Shown piece by piece: positions 1 through 8,736 of a stretch of 64,000 bases of DNA. The notes below the pieces were generated by a model that made no database searches, had not been told where the DNA came from, and worked only from the letters and a program-made list of their open reading frames with translations. Source of the stretch: Trichormus sp. ATA11-4-KO1. Its GTDB lineage: Bacteria; Cyanobacteriota; Cyanobacteriia; Cyanobacteriales; Nostocaceae. How positions within the stretch are numbered: position 1 is the first letter of the stretch; every line of letters begins with the position of its first letter. The position numbers and the translations under genes were made by a program. The stretch spans positions 1 through 64,000 of the forward strand of contig JAHHIM010000013.1 of assembly GCA_019358915.1 (NCBI GenBank), given 5' to 3'.

Positions 1-68
1 TAATGTTCCAGATTGCATTGTGCTGTGGACGGTTTGCTGATTTTTCTGATTGTCCGATACCTATTCAT
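1..68 (-). CDS. N-terminus of IS701-like DDE transposase, running off the left edge
   Basis: Manual translation from ATG at 68: MNRYRTIRKISKPSTAQCNLEH. Resembles the KPSTAQCNL N-terminus I recall for cyanobacterial IS701-family transposases. Lies just inside a terminal repeat. Confidence 0.6.
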   Translation of the reverse strand, partial: MNRYRTIRKISKPSTAQCNLEH

Positions 69-125
69 TGGATGATACTTTTTATCAATCCACTCTTTTG
101 CCACTTTGTCAATGCGTAAGTCCTA
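1..125 (-). mobile_element. End of an insertion sequence; terminal repeat TAGGACTTACGCATTGACA at 107-125
   Basis: Terminal motif shares AGGACTTACGCA with both ends of the MITE at 11469-11631 and is followed by a transposase-like ORF. Confidence 0.65.
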
Positions 126-340
126 ATATCATTAAAAAATTTTATCTGTGCCGTTTCTATACTTGGAATATTCATGAAAAATAAGTAACTTAGTATACTA
201 ACACTATCTAGTATAAATGTGATTACGCATAAAAAAATTACTATTTTTTAATAAATAGTCAGATAAATAAATACTATTTAAGTAAGTTTACGGTAATAAA
301 TCAAATTATGTTAAGTAGGTAAAATTAATAAAATGATTTC

Positions 341-385
341 ATAGTAAGGGCTTTAGCTATTTTTTATAACTAAAGTCTTCACTAC
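341..385. repeat. Degenerate REP-like inverted doublet
   Basis: atagtaagggctttagctat...ataactaaagtcttcactac; same family as 11730-11783 and 43979-44089. Confidence 0.55.
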
Positions 386-597
386 AAATGTTTAATAATT
401 TATACATTAATATTTAATGTATAAATTATTTTCACTCTCATTCTCAGTACACAACATTCTGCAAGCAATAAAAAAATTGCACATACCCAATATCAGAGCG
501 CATATCTAGCCTCAACTGTCCAGTTAAACTTGTGATAAACATTTGTCAGATGCTACCGTCTACAAATCGATATAGGAGTTAAAGGGTTTCTCTAACT

Positions 598-2655
598 ATG
601 AAGCGTAGACACAAAGTAGCTTACAGCTTGACATCACTGATTATATCTACTTACCTCGCACCTCAATCTGCTATTGTTGCTGCACCACCGAGAAACCCAG
701 ACAAAACCGTAAATTGTGAGATTTTAGTTGTGGGTGGTGGACTTTCAGGTGTCGCCACAGCTTATGAGGGGTTACTCGCAGGACGCAGAGTTTGCCTCAC
801 GGAAATTACCGATTGGTTGGGAGGACAAATTTCTTCTCAAGGGACATCTGCATTAGACGAACGACCTACCCAGCGCAGTCGGCAATTTTATTCTCGCGGC
901 TACTTGGAATTGCGCAACCGTATTGAACGCAAGTACGGTAAACTTAACCCTGGTGATTGTTGGGTCAGCGATTCCTGCTTTCTTCCTCGTGATGCTCATA
1001 CCGTTATGAATCAGATGCTCAAAGACGCTGAAAGAAGGGGCAGGGGTAAGCTAGAATGGTTCCCCAACACGGTAATTAAGGATTTAGAAATTACACCTTC
1101 AACTGTAGAAGGTGGTGGACAATTAATTAATAGCGCGAACCGACAGGTCAGCGAAGCTATCGCCATTCAACACCAACCAGCCAAAGGCGCACCACCTCTT
1201 AATACCTTCACGTTAGCTCAAACCATTGAAGATGCTTATCGCTACGAAAACTCATCTCGGTTTACCAAAAACATTATTCGCTTAGTTCCCCAGCCCAGCA
1301 AAGGCAATGCGCCTAGGTGGTATGTTGTAGATACCAGCGAAACCGGAGAAATTATTGCCCTAGCTGATGTTCCTTACCGATTGGGTATTGATGCTCGTTC
1401 CTACCTGGAACCTTCTTCTTCCAGCGCCCAAAATGACCCTTATTGCACTCAAGGCTTTACCTACACCTTTGCTATGGAGGCAACTAAGGAAGCGCAACCA
1501 CAGACAATGCCCCCATTTTATTTACAATACTCGCCATATTTCAGTTATGAATTACAGCGACTGGCTAATTTTGGCTTAGTTTTCACCTATCGCCGCATTT
1601 GGAGTCCGCAACAAGGGCAACCTGCAACCTTCGGCGGTGTGAGGTTTTCTGCGCCCACGCCAGGGGACATCTCCATGCAAAACTGGACTTGGGGCAACGA
1701 TTACCGCCCTGGCACAGCCAAGGATAACTTGGTTTATACTCGCCAACAATTACAAGCTACTAAGCAGTTGCAACCTGGGGGTTGGATGGGGGGACTGCGA
1801 ACAGAAACCCTCCGTAAAGGTGAGGAAAATGCACTGTCGTACTATTACTGGCTGGTAGCTGGAACTACAGATTCCCAACTAGGGAAGGGTATCAAGCAGC
1901 AACAAACAAATAATCGCTTTCTTTCGGGGTTAAATTCCCCCATGGGTACAGCGCATGGCTTATCGAAATATCCTTATATGCGCGAAGGACGGCGCATCAT
2001 TGGCCGCCCTAGTTGGGGACAACCGGGAGGTTTTACCATTTGGGAAATTGATATTTCTCGCCGCAACTATAATGATGAGTATTACCGCAAGACGCTACCT
2101 GCTGCAATGTACCGCAGATTACAAGGGGCACTCGCCGGCTTAGAAGCAGTATCTGTAATTACAGGGAAAAAGCCTCCTGAACAGGTAACGCGGCGGACTC
2201 GTTCTACCATCTTCCCCGATGCTGTGGGTATCGGTCACTACGCCATCGACTTTCATCCTTGCATGGAGAAAAGCCCTCCCGAAGCACCTGGGAATAGAGA
2301 ACGTCCGGGAGAAAGACGTGGAGCGGGGCAGGCTTATCCTTTCCAAATAGCTTTAAGGGCAATGATTCCGCAAAAAATTGATAATTTAATCGTCGGAGGT
2401 AAAAGCATTGCCACCAGTCACATTGCTGCCGCCGCCTATCGGGTACACTCCTTTGAGTGGTCTGCTGGTGCTGCTGCGGGAACTACTGCGGCTTTCTCCT
2501 TGAAAAATGAGGTTGCACCTTACCAACTTGTAGAAAATTTACCCAAACCAGCACCGCAACTACAAGCGCTTAAGCGTCTATTAGAGCAAAATGGCAATCC
2601 TACCGCTTTCCCTGATACTTCAATTTTTAACGAAAACTGGGATAATTGGCGTTAG
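598..2655 (+). CDS. FAD-dependent oxidoreductase, probably exported
   Basis: Signal-like N-terminus, ILVVGGGLSG Rossmann motif, YMREGRRIIG and GKSIATSH motifs. Confidence 0.85.
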   Translation: MKRRHKVAYSLTSLIISTYLAPQSAIVAAPPRNPDKTVNCEILVVGGGLSGVATAYEGLLAGRRVCLTEITDWLGGQISSQGTSALDERPTQRSRQFYSRGYLELRNRIERKYGKLNPGDCWVSDSCFLPRDAHTVMNQMLKDAERRGRGKLEWFPNTVIKDLEITPSTVEGGGQLINSANRQVSEAIAIQHQPAKGAPPLNTFTLAQTIEDAYRYENSSRFTKNIIRLVPQPSKGNAPRWYVVDTSETGEIIALADVPYRLGIDARSYLEPSSSSAQNDPYCTQGFTYTFAMEATKEAQPQTMPPFYLQYSPYFSYELQRLANFGLVFTYRRIWSPQQGQPATFGGVRFSAPTPGDISMQNWTWGNDYRPGTAKDNLVYTRQQLQATKQLQPGGWMGGLRTETLRKGEENALSYYYWLVAGTTDSQLGKGIKQQQTNNRFLSGLNSPMGTAHGLSKYPYMREGRRIIGRPSWGQPGGFTIWEIDISRRNYNDEYYRKTLPAAMYRRLQGALAGLEAVSVITGKKPPEQVTRRTRSTIFPDAVGIGHYAIDFHPCMEKSPPEAPGNRERPGERRGAGQAYPFQIALRAMIPQKIDNLIVGGKSIATSHIAAAAYRVHSFEWSAGAAAGTTAAFSLKNEVAPYQLVENLPKPAPQLQALKRLLEQNGNPTAFPDTSIFNENWDNWR
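1138..1158. repeat. 21-nt small dispersed repeat (SDR5-like) inserted in frame into a HIP1 site
   Basis: GCG|AACCGACAGGTCAGCGAAGCT|ATCGC; removing it restores GCGATCGC and the peptide NSAIAI. Confidence 0.75.
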
Positions 2656-2783
2656 ACGCTAGGAACTGTTTTCCAACACCAAAAGCCTTCAGGCTAAAGC
2701 CTGAGGCTACACAAACAAAGCCTGCCTACGCAGGCTCAAAATCCTGAATTATTCAAGCCTCCGGATTCATCTGTGGGATCTTC

Positions 2784-2808
2784 AATTTTTAATTTTTAAT
2801 TTTTAATT
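2784..2808. repeat. Heptamer tandem repeat (AATTTTT)x3.5
   Basis: Seen directly in sequence. Confidence 0.8.
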
Positions 2809-2923
2809 CCCTAAAGGGGCTGACTATTTTGCTTTTCTCATCCCCATTCCCCAGTCTCCAGACAATAGACTAAACTAGTTATCTATAGTGTAGTTTTGTA
2901 AAATCCTGTTGGCTAACTGTTTT

Positions 2924-3250
2924 ATGATTACAAGACTTTCAGCAGCTGTTTACGGAACGGGTACAGCACCAACTGTAGCTCCTGAACGGTCTAATCAAGT
3001 TACCCGCAAGCCCTATCCAAATTACAAGGTGATTGTTTTAAACGATGACTTTAATACTTTTCAACACGTAGCTGAGTGTTTGATGAAGTATATTCCAGGA
3101 ATGACAGGTGATCTGGCGTGGGATTTGACCAATCAGGTACATTATGAAGGACAAGCGATCGTCTGGGTAGGCCCTCAAGAACCAGCCGAACTGTATCATC
3201 AGCAGTTGCGTCGGGCTGGTTTGACAATGGCTCCTCTGGAAGCAGCTTAA
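2924..3250 (+). CDS. clpS: ATP-dependent Clp protease adaptor ClpS
   Basis: YKVIVLNDDFNTFQHV and VHYEGQAIV motifs; first ATG at 2924. Confidence 0.93.
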   Translation: MITRLSAAVYGTGTAPTVAPERSNQVTRKPYPNYKVIVLNDDFNTFQHVAECLMKYIPGMTGDLAWDLTNQVHYEGQAIVWVGPQEPAELYHQQLRRAGLTMAPLEAA

Positions 3251-3255
3251 TTATT

Positions 3256-3576
3256 ATGGGCAAAGCTAACAAAGACCCTAACAAGGCGGCTGCTCACAAA
3301 GATGGCAGATTAGTTTGGAATCACTCAACTCATATTGCGGGTCTCATCCCCATTTTAGAACGTCTCTGTCGGCAGGATGGTATTCAAACTGTGACGCCTG
3401 GCGTGATTGGGCGAGTAAAAGGTCATAGTCCGAAAATGCAACTACGCGTGTCTGTACCTATTCGGGGTGGTTACAAAGTAATCGCCCGACAGGGTAAGAC
3501 TGTACAAGAGGTGTTTATCCTGACCACTTTGGATCAGGATAAATTTAAAGAGGTGTTAGCCAAACTCCTGCCATAG
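3256..3576 (+). CDS. DUF2103 family protein
   Basis: LVWNHSTHIAGLIPILE, TPGVIG and ARQGKTVQEVF motifs. Confidence 0.8.
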   Translation: MGKANKDPNKAAAHKDGRLVWNHSTHIAGLIPILERLCRQDGIQTVTPGVIGRVKGHSPKMQLRVSVPIRGGYKVIARQGKTVQEVFILTTLDQDKFKEVLAKLLP

Positions 3577-3645
3577 AGAGCTAACAATTACTATGAAAAG
3601 TTAATCAGCTTAATAGTTTATTGTTCGTAGTTCATCGACTGTTGA

Positions 3646-3966
3646 TTATTCTTCAACACGATGTACTGCCAATTTATGCAGTGGCAGGCTAAGAATACAA
3701 GAAAAAGTTAGAAAATAAGACAAAGCAGTAGTTATTTTCAAAGTCATGAGTAGATTTTCCCAATCGGGTAAAATCATCTTCTCAATGCCAAAAGCAACAC
3801 AGTAAACGAGCCAGTAAGAAAAACTCATTCTAAAGAGAATTTGCTCTGTTTCTTCAAGATTATCTTTTGGTTGCTTGACGTTCCACAGTAATAGTAGACC
3901 AACAATACAAGCAACAAAGGATACAGCAACTACAAATTCGTGACACAATACATTTATTGAATGCAT
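3646..3966 (-). CDS. Hypothetical small membrane protein
   Basis: 106-aa ORF with three hydrophobic segments. Confidence 0.65.
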   Translation of the reverse strand: MHSINVLCHEFVVAVSFVACIVGLLLLWNVKQPKDNLEETEQILFRMSFSYWLVYCVAFGIEKMILPDWENLLMTLKITTALSYFLTFSCILSLPLHKLAVHRVEE

Positions 3967-4200
3967 TTGCGTTGATCCTAAAATATTTTTGAATTGAAAT
4001 TCAGTCTAAAGGAATATTCCTCCGTCCTCCAAAAAATATTTACAAACTGCAATAGAACACTGCAATTAATTTAAAATCTTGCAACAAACACCCTGAATTT
4101 TACTCAGTGTAGATATTTTTAATAATTTTTAATTTAAATTACAGATTTTTGTAAAGTAAGCGATCGCCAGAAAAATTGCTGAGTAAAAAACACTAGTTTG

Positions 4201-6159
4201 TTATTTCAGTAATCTTAAACCACTTAAAGTCACCAACACCGTCGAACCTTCATGACCAATTACACCGATGGGTAGGTTAATATTACCTAAAAAGTTGCCG
4301 ATTAAAAGTAACAGAATGAACCCTAGAGCTACAACTATATTTTGTTTAACTATCACTTGCGATCGCCTGCCTAATTCTATCGCTGCGGCTAGTTTCTCTA
4401 GTTTATCTGCCATTAAAACTATATCTGCTGTTTCTAATGCGACATCGCTACCCGCAATCCCCATGGCAATCCCCACAGAAGCCTGAGCCAGGGCTGGTGC
4501 ATCATTAATGCCATCCCCCACCATTGCCACTGTTTGATACTCTCGCTGAAGCTGACGAATCACATCTAGCTTATCTTCCGGTAAGAGTTCCGCATACACC
4601 CGATCAATTCCCACTGCTTGAGCCACACTATCAGCCGTGCGTTGGTTATCCCCGGTAATCATCACGATTTGCTCAACTCCCAACTTCCGCAACCGGGTAA
4701 TCGTAGTGACTGCTTCTGTTCTCAGCAGGTCTGCAATCGCGATCGCACCCATTACAGAAAATCGGGTAGTTATTGTTGAATCTCCCCTTCTCCTTGTTTC
4801 TCCATCCCCTTGTCCTTCCCGCGCTACCCAAACAACCGTTTTCCCTTCATTTTCCAAAGATTGCGCCAAATTCTGTAATTCTTCTGGGAACTGGTTAACA
4901 TATTGCTGTACAAAAGCTGCATTTCCCACAATCACCTTTTCATCGTGGGCAAAACCGATAATTCCTCGTCCGGGTATGGCTTGCACATCAACCCCACGTA
5001 CCCAGCCTTCGCCAGCCGCCTGGACAATTGCCTTACCAATGGGATGTTCTGAATAGGATTCCAAAGCTGCTGCTACTTTTAACACTTCAGCCTGCGAATA
5101 TTCACTACTAACAATAACCTGAGATACTTGTACCTGTCCTGTAGTTAAAGTACCAGTTTTATCTAAGGCGATCGCTCGCACTTTGCCAATCTTCTCTAAC
5201 TGCGCTCCATTTTTAAATAAAATCCCTTGTCTGGCACCATTGGCAATTCCCGACAACAGCGTGGGCATAATTGCTGCCATCAGCGCACAGGGAGAGGCTA
5301 CCACCAAAAAAGTCAGGGCGCGATAAATTGTTGTTTCCCAATTCCAGCCCCAAATAAAGGGCGGCAAAAATACCAGCAATATCCCAGTTATAACAATTAC
5401 CCGTGCATATATCCGTTCAAATCGCTCAATAAACTGTTGAGAAGGAGGCGCTTCCGTCTGTGCTTGTTCTACCAATCGAATCACACGTTGAATCAAGCTG
5501 CTTGACGCTGGTTTGTGTACTTGCAACTTTAATGCCCCATAACCGTTGAGCGTACCTGCAAAAACTTCATCACCTACTGTCTTTTCTATAGGTAAAGACT
5601 CACCCGTAATCGCCGCTTGGTTGAGGGTGCTGTAACCAGATAAAATCATGCCATCAGTAGGAATTAGCTCCCCTGGTTTGACAACAATTTCATCCCCCAC
5701 CTTCAGTTGAGTGATGGGAAGCATTTCTTCTTTTCCCTGAAATAAAACCCTAGCTGTATCTGGTGTCAAACTCATCAAACTGCGGATACTGCGCTCAGTT
5801 CGCCGCATCGCGTAGCCTTCTAGTGCGCCACTAATGGCAAAGATGAGAATCAAAATTGCCCCATCAATAATTAGATAATATTCCCTACGCCATAAGCCCA
5901 GACTCGCTGCACCCAGGGCTGCCACAATCATTAACAAATCTACATCTAATTCTTTTTCTTTAATCAGAGTAGTCAGTCCCTCACGGGCACTTGCGTAGCC
6001 ACCAATCACATAAGCAGCAGGTAACAGCAGCAGCGCCCAACCTAACCAACCAAGATGCAAGGCGAACCATCCCAGAAATAACAGTATTCCACAAAGCAAG
6101 GCCGCGAAGGTTTCTGCATGTTCTTGAGTAAATTGGCTAAAACGCTGGGGGTAGAGCAT
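4201..6159 (-). CDS. coaT: P1B-4 heavy-metal P-type ATPase, CoaT-like Co2+ exporter
   Basis: TGES, SPC, DKTGTLT, HP, GDGINDAP and HEGST motifs; no N-terminal CxxC domain; MerR-type operator upstream; CoaR-type regulator nearby. Confidence 0.85.
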   Translation of the reverse strand: MLYPQRFSQFTQEHAETFAALLCGILLFLGWFALHLGWLGWALLLLPAAYVIGGYASAREGLTTLIKEKELDVDLLMIVAALGAASLGLWRREYYLIIDGAILILIFAISGALEGYAMRRTERSIRSLMSLTPDTARVLFQGKEEMLPITQLKVGDEIVVKPGELIPTDGMILSGYSTLNQAAITGESLPIEKTVGDEVFAGTLNGYGALKLQVHKPASSSLIQRVIRLVEQAQTEAPPSQQFIERFERIYARVIVITGILLVFLPPFIWGWNWETTIYRALTFLVVASPCALMAAIMPTLLSGIANGARQGILFKNGAQLEKIGKVRAIALDKTGTLTTGQVQVSQVIVSSEYSQAEVLKVAAALESYSEHPIGKAIVQAAGEGWVRGVDVQAIPGRGIIGFAHDEKVIVGNAAFVQQYVNQFPEELQNLAQSLENEGKTVVWVAREGQGDGETRRRGDSTITTRFSVMGAIAIADLLRTEAVTTITRLRKLGVEQIVMITGDNQRTADSVAQAVGIDRVYAELLPEDKLDVIRQLQREYQTVAMVGDGINDAPALAQASVGIAMGIAGSDVALETADIVLMADKLEKLAAAIELGRRSQVIVKQNIVVALGFILLLLIGNFLGNINLPIGVIGHEGSTVLVTLSGLRLLK

Positions 6160-6186
6160 GAAAATTAAAGCAACAAGGACTTTCTC

Positions 6187-6218
6187 ACCTTAAACCTTGA
6201 CATTGATGTCAAAGTCAA
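6187..6218 (-). promoter_or_regulatory. MerR-type (CoaR) operator-promoter of the ATPase
   Basis: Minus strand TTGACT - 20 bp - TAAGGT, with the dyad ACCTTGACAT-TG-ATGTCAAAGT (6194-6215) across the long spacer. Confidence 0.85.
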
Positions 6219-6245
6219 CCCTTGCGTACCTCTGCGTTTAAAAAC

Positions 6246-8435
6246 TCATTTTGCAACCTGCTGTTTGACAGGCAATTGAATCACAAACTCCGTCCCTTGA
6301 CCAGGAATCGAAAAACACTCCAACTTGCCACTGTGTTTTTCAGTGATAATTTGATAACTAATTGCCATACCCATACCCGTACCCTTACCTATAGGTTTAG
6401 TTGTAAAAAAAGGATCGAAAATACGGTTTTTCACATTGTCTGGTATTCCCGCCCCATTATCAGCGATCGCTATTTCTACCCATTGCGATTTGATTATGGA
6501 AGTGCGAATAGTAATCAAACCGGAATATTTTTCTGTAACATTTACTTCATCCAAAGCATCTATTGCATTGATTAAAACATTCATTAATACTTGATTGAGT
6601 TGCCCAGGGTAGCATTCCACCTCAGGCAAATTACCGTAGTGACGTATTACTTGAATTGCCGGAGATTCTGGCTTGCCTTTCAATCGATGTTGCAAAATTA
6701 GTAGCGTACTTTCAATTCCTTCATGAATATCAACCGCTTTGAATTCCGCTTCATCCATGCGCGAAAAATTCCGCAGTGATAACACAATATTACGAATGCG
6801 TTCTGTTCCCATTTTGATGGAAGACAGCATCTTCTGTAAGTCTTCAATTAAGAATTCCAAATCAATTTCTGCTGCTAGTGCTTGCACTTCCAGGTCATTA
6901 CTGGGATGGCGTTCCTGATAAAGCTGAATCATCCGCAGCAAATCTTGTGTGTATGTGTTCAGATGGGTAATATTACCGTGAATAAAGTTGACCGGATTAT
7001 TGATTTCGTGAGCTATACCTGCAACTAATTGACCCAGGCTAGACATTTTTTCACTTTGAATAACTTGTGCTTGGCTACGCTGTAACTCCCCAAAGGCGTT
7101 TTTGAGTTCGGTGGTGCGTTCTTCTACTCTGTCTTCTAATTCTGCCTTACTATTTTCTAATGCAGCAAAAGATTCGCGCAATTGCCCTGCCATGTAATTA
7201 AAAGAATGAGCAAGTGTGTTGAGTTCCCAAATATTAGTTAAGTCTAGCGCTTGGTCTAAATTACCAGATGCCATTGCCTGACTAGCTTTGTTAATTCGCC
7301 CAATCGGACGAGTAATCCGACGGGAGGTGAAGTAACCCATAATACTGGCAATTACTAATGCTCCTAAACAAAGTAAAATTGTTGTCTGGGTATTAGCGTT
7401 GATTTGAGCCATAAAAGCTTGTTCTGGCACACTAACCACCACCAGCCAATCAAGTCCATACTGGTCACGCCAAGGAAGTATCTGTACATGATAAGTTTCC
7501 CCTTGCCAATTCAGTTGCAGTTTTTGAAGTGTGGTAATTGACTGGAAACCGTTAAAAGTTCGCTGAATATTTTGAGCAATACCTTGGATAGTCGCATCAG
7601 GGCTATCTGTAGCTTGTAATCTCTGAATTTCATCCTTGACGACAGCAAAAGGTTTTTGAGTACCAGAATTGGCAATTAGCAGTCCGTTTCGCTCTAAAAT
7701 GAAAACCTTACCAGTAGAACCTATATCTAATTGTTGTAAAAACTCGCTCAACTTTAAGAGATGGATATCTGCGCCAACCATCCCCAATAAACGATTTTGG
7801 GTGTCATAAATAGGACGACCAGCAGAAGCACTAATATAGGAATTATTAGCAGAATTCCAAATGTAGATTCTTGACCAGATAGGTTTACCTGCTTTCATGG
7901 TTTCTGTATACCAGCTTTCTTGGAAGTTACTCCAATCATAAGTATCAGTTACACGAGTGCGGTTACCTTGGTTGTCTGTGGCGTAAGTAGTACCATTATT
8001 TTGCGACGCGGCATTCCAATCATCAATTGTCAGAGTTTTGCCATCATAACGACCAGCTCCTGCTCCTTCACCAGTAGTCAGTCCCATGCCGATGTAAGAT
8101 AAATCATACACCTGCATTTGTTTCCAGAAATACTTGCTGATGGTTTGGCGATCGCGCACATCTAATAATCCCATGGCGATCGCCTCAGCATTTAGCTGGT
8201 TAATTTGGTGAGGAATGGACAAATAAGAATTCAGGTGCAGAGTTACCTTAGCGCGGGTTCGATCCATTAATTGTGCTGCTAGGTCGTTCACAGCTTTCTG
8301 TCCATTTTTGAAAGATAGGTAACCAACTAAACTTACTGCTCCAAAAATTTGCAATAAAAAAGGAACAATTAGCACAAGCTGCAATGGGAAAGCTTTAACT
8401 TTGCGGAAATAATGCTTCTTCGTTAGTAGATTCAT
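6246..8435 (-). CDS. Membrane sensor histidine kinase (Cache-HAMP-HisKA-HATPase)
   Basis: Two TM segments around a Cache-like domain; HAMP; AHEINNP H-box; FDPFFTTK and GTGMGM. Likely start 8435 (ORF open from 8516). Confidence 0.9.
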   Translation of the reverse strand: MNLLTKKHYFRKVKAFPLQLVLIVPFLLQIFGAVSLVGYLSFKNGQKAVNDLAAQLMDRTRAKVTLHLNSYLSIPHQINQLNAEAIAMGLLDVRDRQTISKYFWKQMQVYDLSYIGMGLTTGEGAGAGRYDGKTLTIDDWNAASQNNGTTYATDNQGNRTRVTDTYDWSNFQESWYTETMKAGKPIWSRIYIWNSANNSYISASAGRPIYDTQNRLLGMVGADIHLLKLSEFLQQLDIGSTGKVFILERNGLLIANSGTQKPFAVVKDEIQRLQATDSPDATIQGIAQNIQRTFNGFQSITTLQKLQLNWQGETYHVQILPWRDQYGLDWLVVVSVPEQAFMAQINANTQTTILLCLGALVIASIMGYFTSRRITRPIGRINKASQAMASGNLDQALDLTNIWELNTLAHSFNYMAGQLRESFAALENSKAELEDRVEERTTELKNAFGELQRSQAQVIQSEKMSSLGQLVAGIAHEINNPVNFIHGNITHLNTYTQDLLRMIQLYQERHPSNDLEVQALAAEIDLEFLIEDLQKMLSSIKMGTERIRNIVLSLRNFSRMDEAEFKAVDIHEGIESTLLILQHRLKGKPESPAIQVIRHYGNLPEVECYPGQLNQVLMNVLINAIDALDEVNVTEKYSGLITIRTSIIKSQWVEIAIADNGAGIPDNVKNRIFDPFFTTKPIGKGTGMGMAISYQIITEKHSGKLECFSIPGQGTEFVIQLPVKQQVAK

Positions 8436-8499
8436 TGATGATACTGCTTGATAAATAGGAACTTGAATGACCAACTCAACTTCCTGAAAGGATATGCCT

Positions 8500-8508
8500 A
8501 GTATTCCC
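8500..8508 (-). promoter_or_regulatory. Candidate SigJ/SigF-type -10 box GGGAATACT
   Basis: Exact match to the recalled Nostoc J-box, 65 nt upstream of the kinase ATG at 8435. Confidence 0.45.
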
Positions 8509-8736
8509 ACCATCAAAATACAATCAACATCAAAGTCATATCTATAGTTGGTTAGACTGTATTATTCTGAAAAACCTCTGCGTTGAAAAACGCTAAAATT
8601 TTAGACCAATTAGAAAATTATCCAAAACCTTAGTAATTCGCAATTATAAAGGATGTTAAATGGCGGAAATTACTGTAAACTATCTCATTATCAAGGCTAC
8701 AGTAATTCTACTTTCATCAAAAATTTTGAACTCATT

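Noticed and set aside
2760..2765. TCCGGA as a DIF1 heterocyst promoter motif
   Set aside because: It lies in a repeat-rich intergenic patch with no other support.
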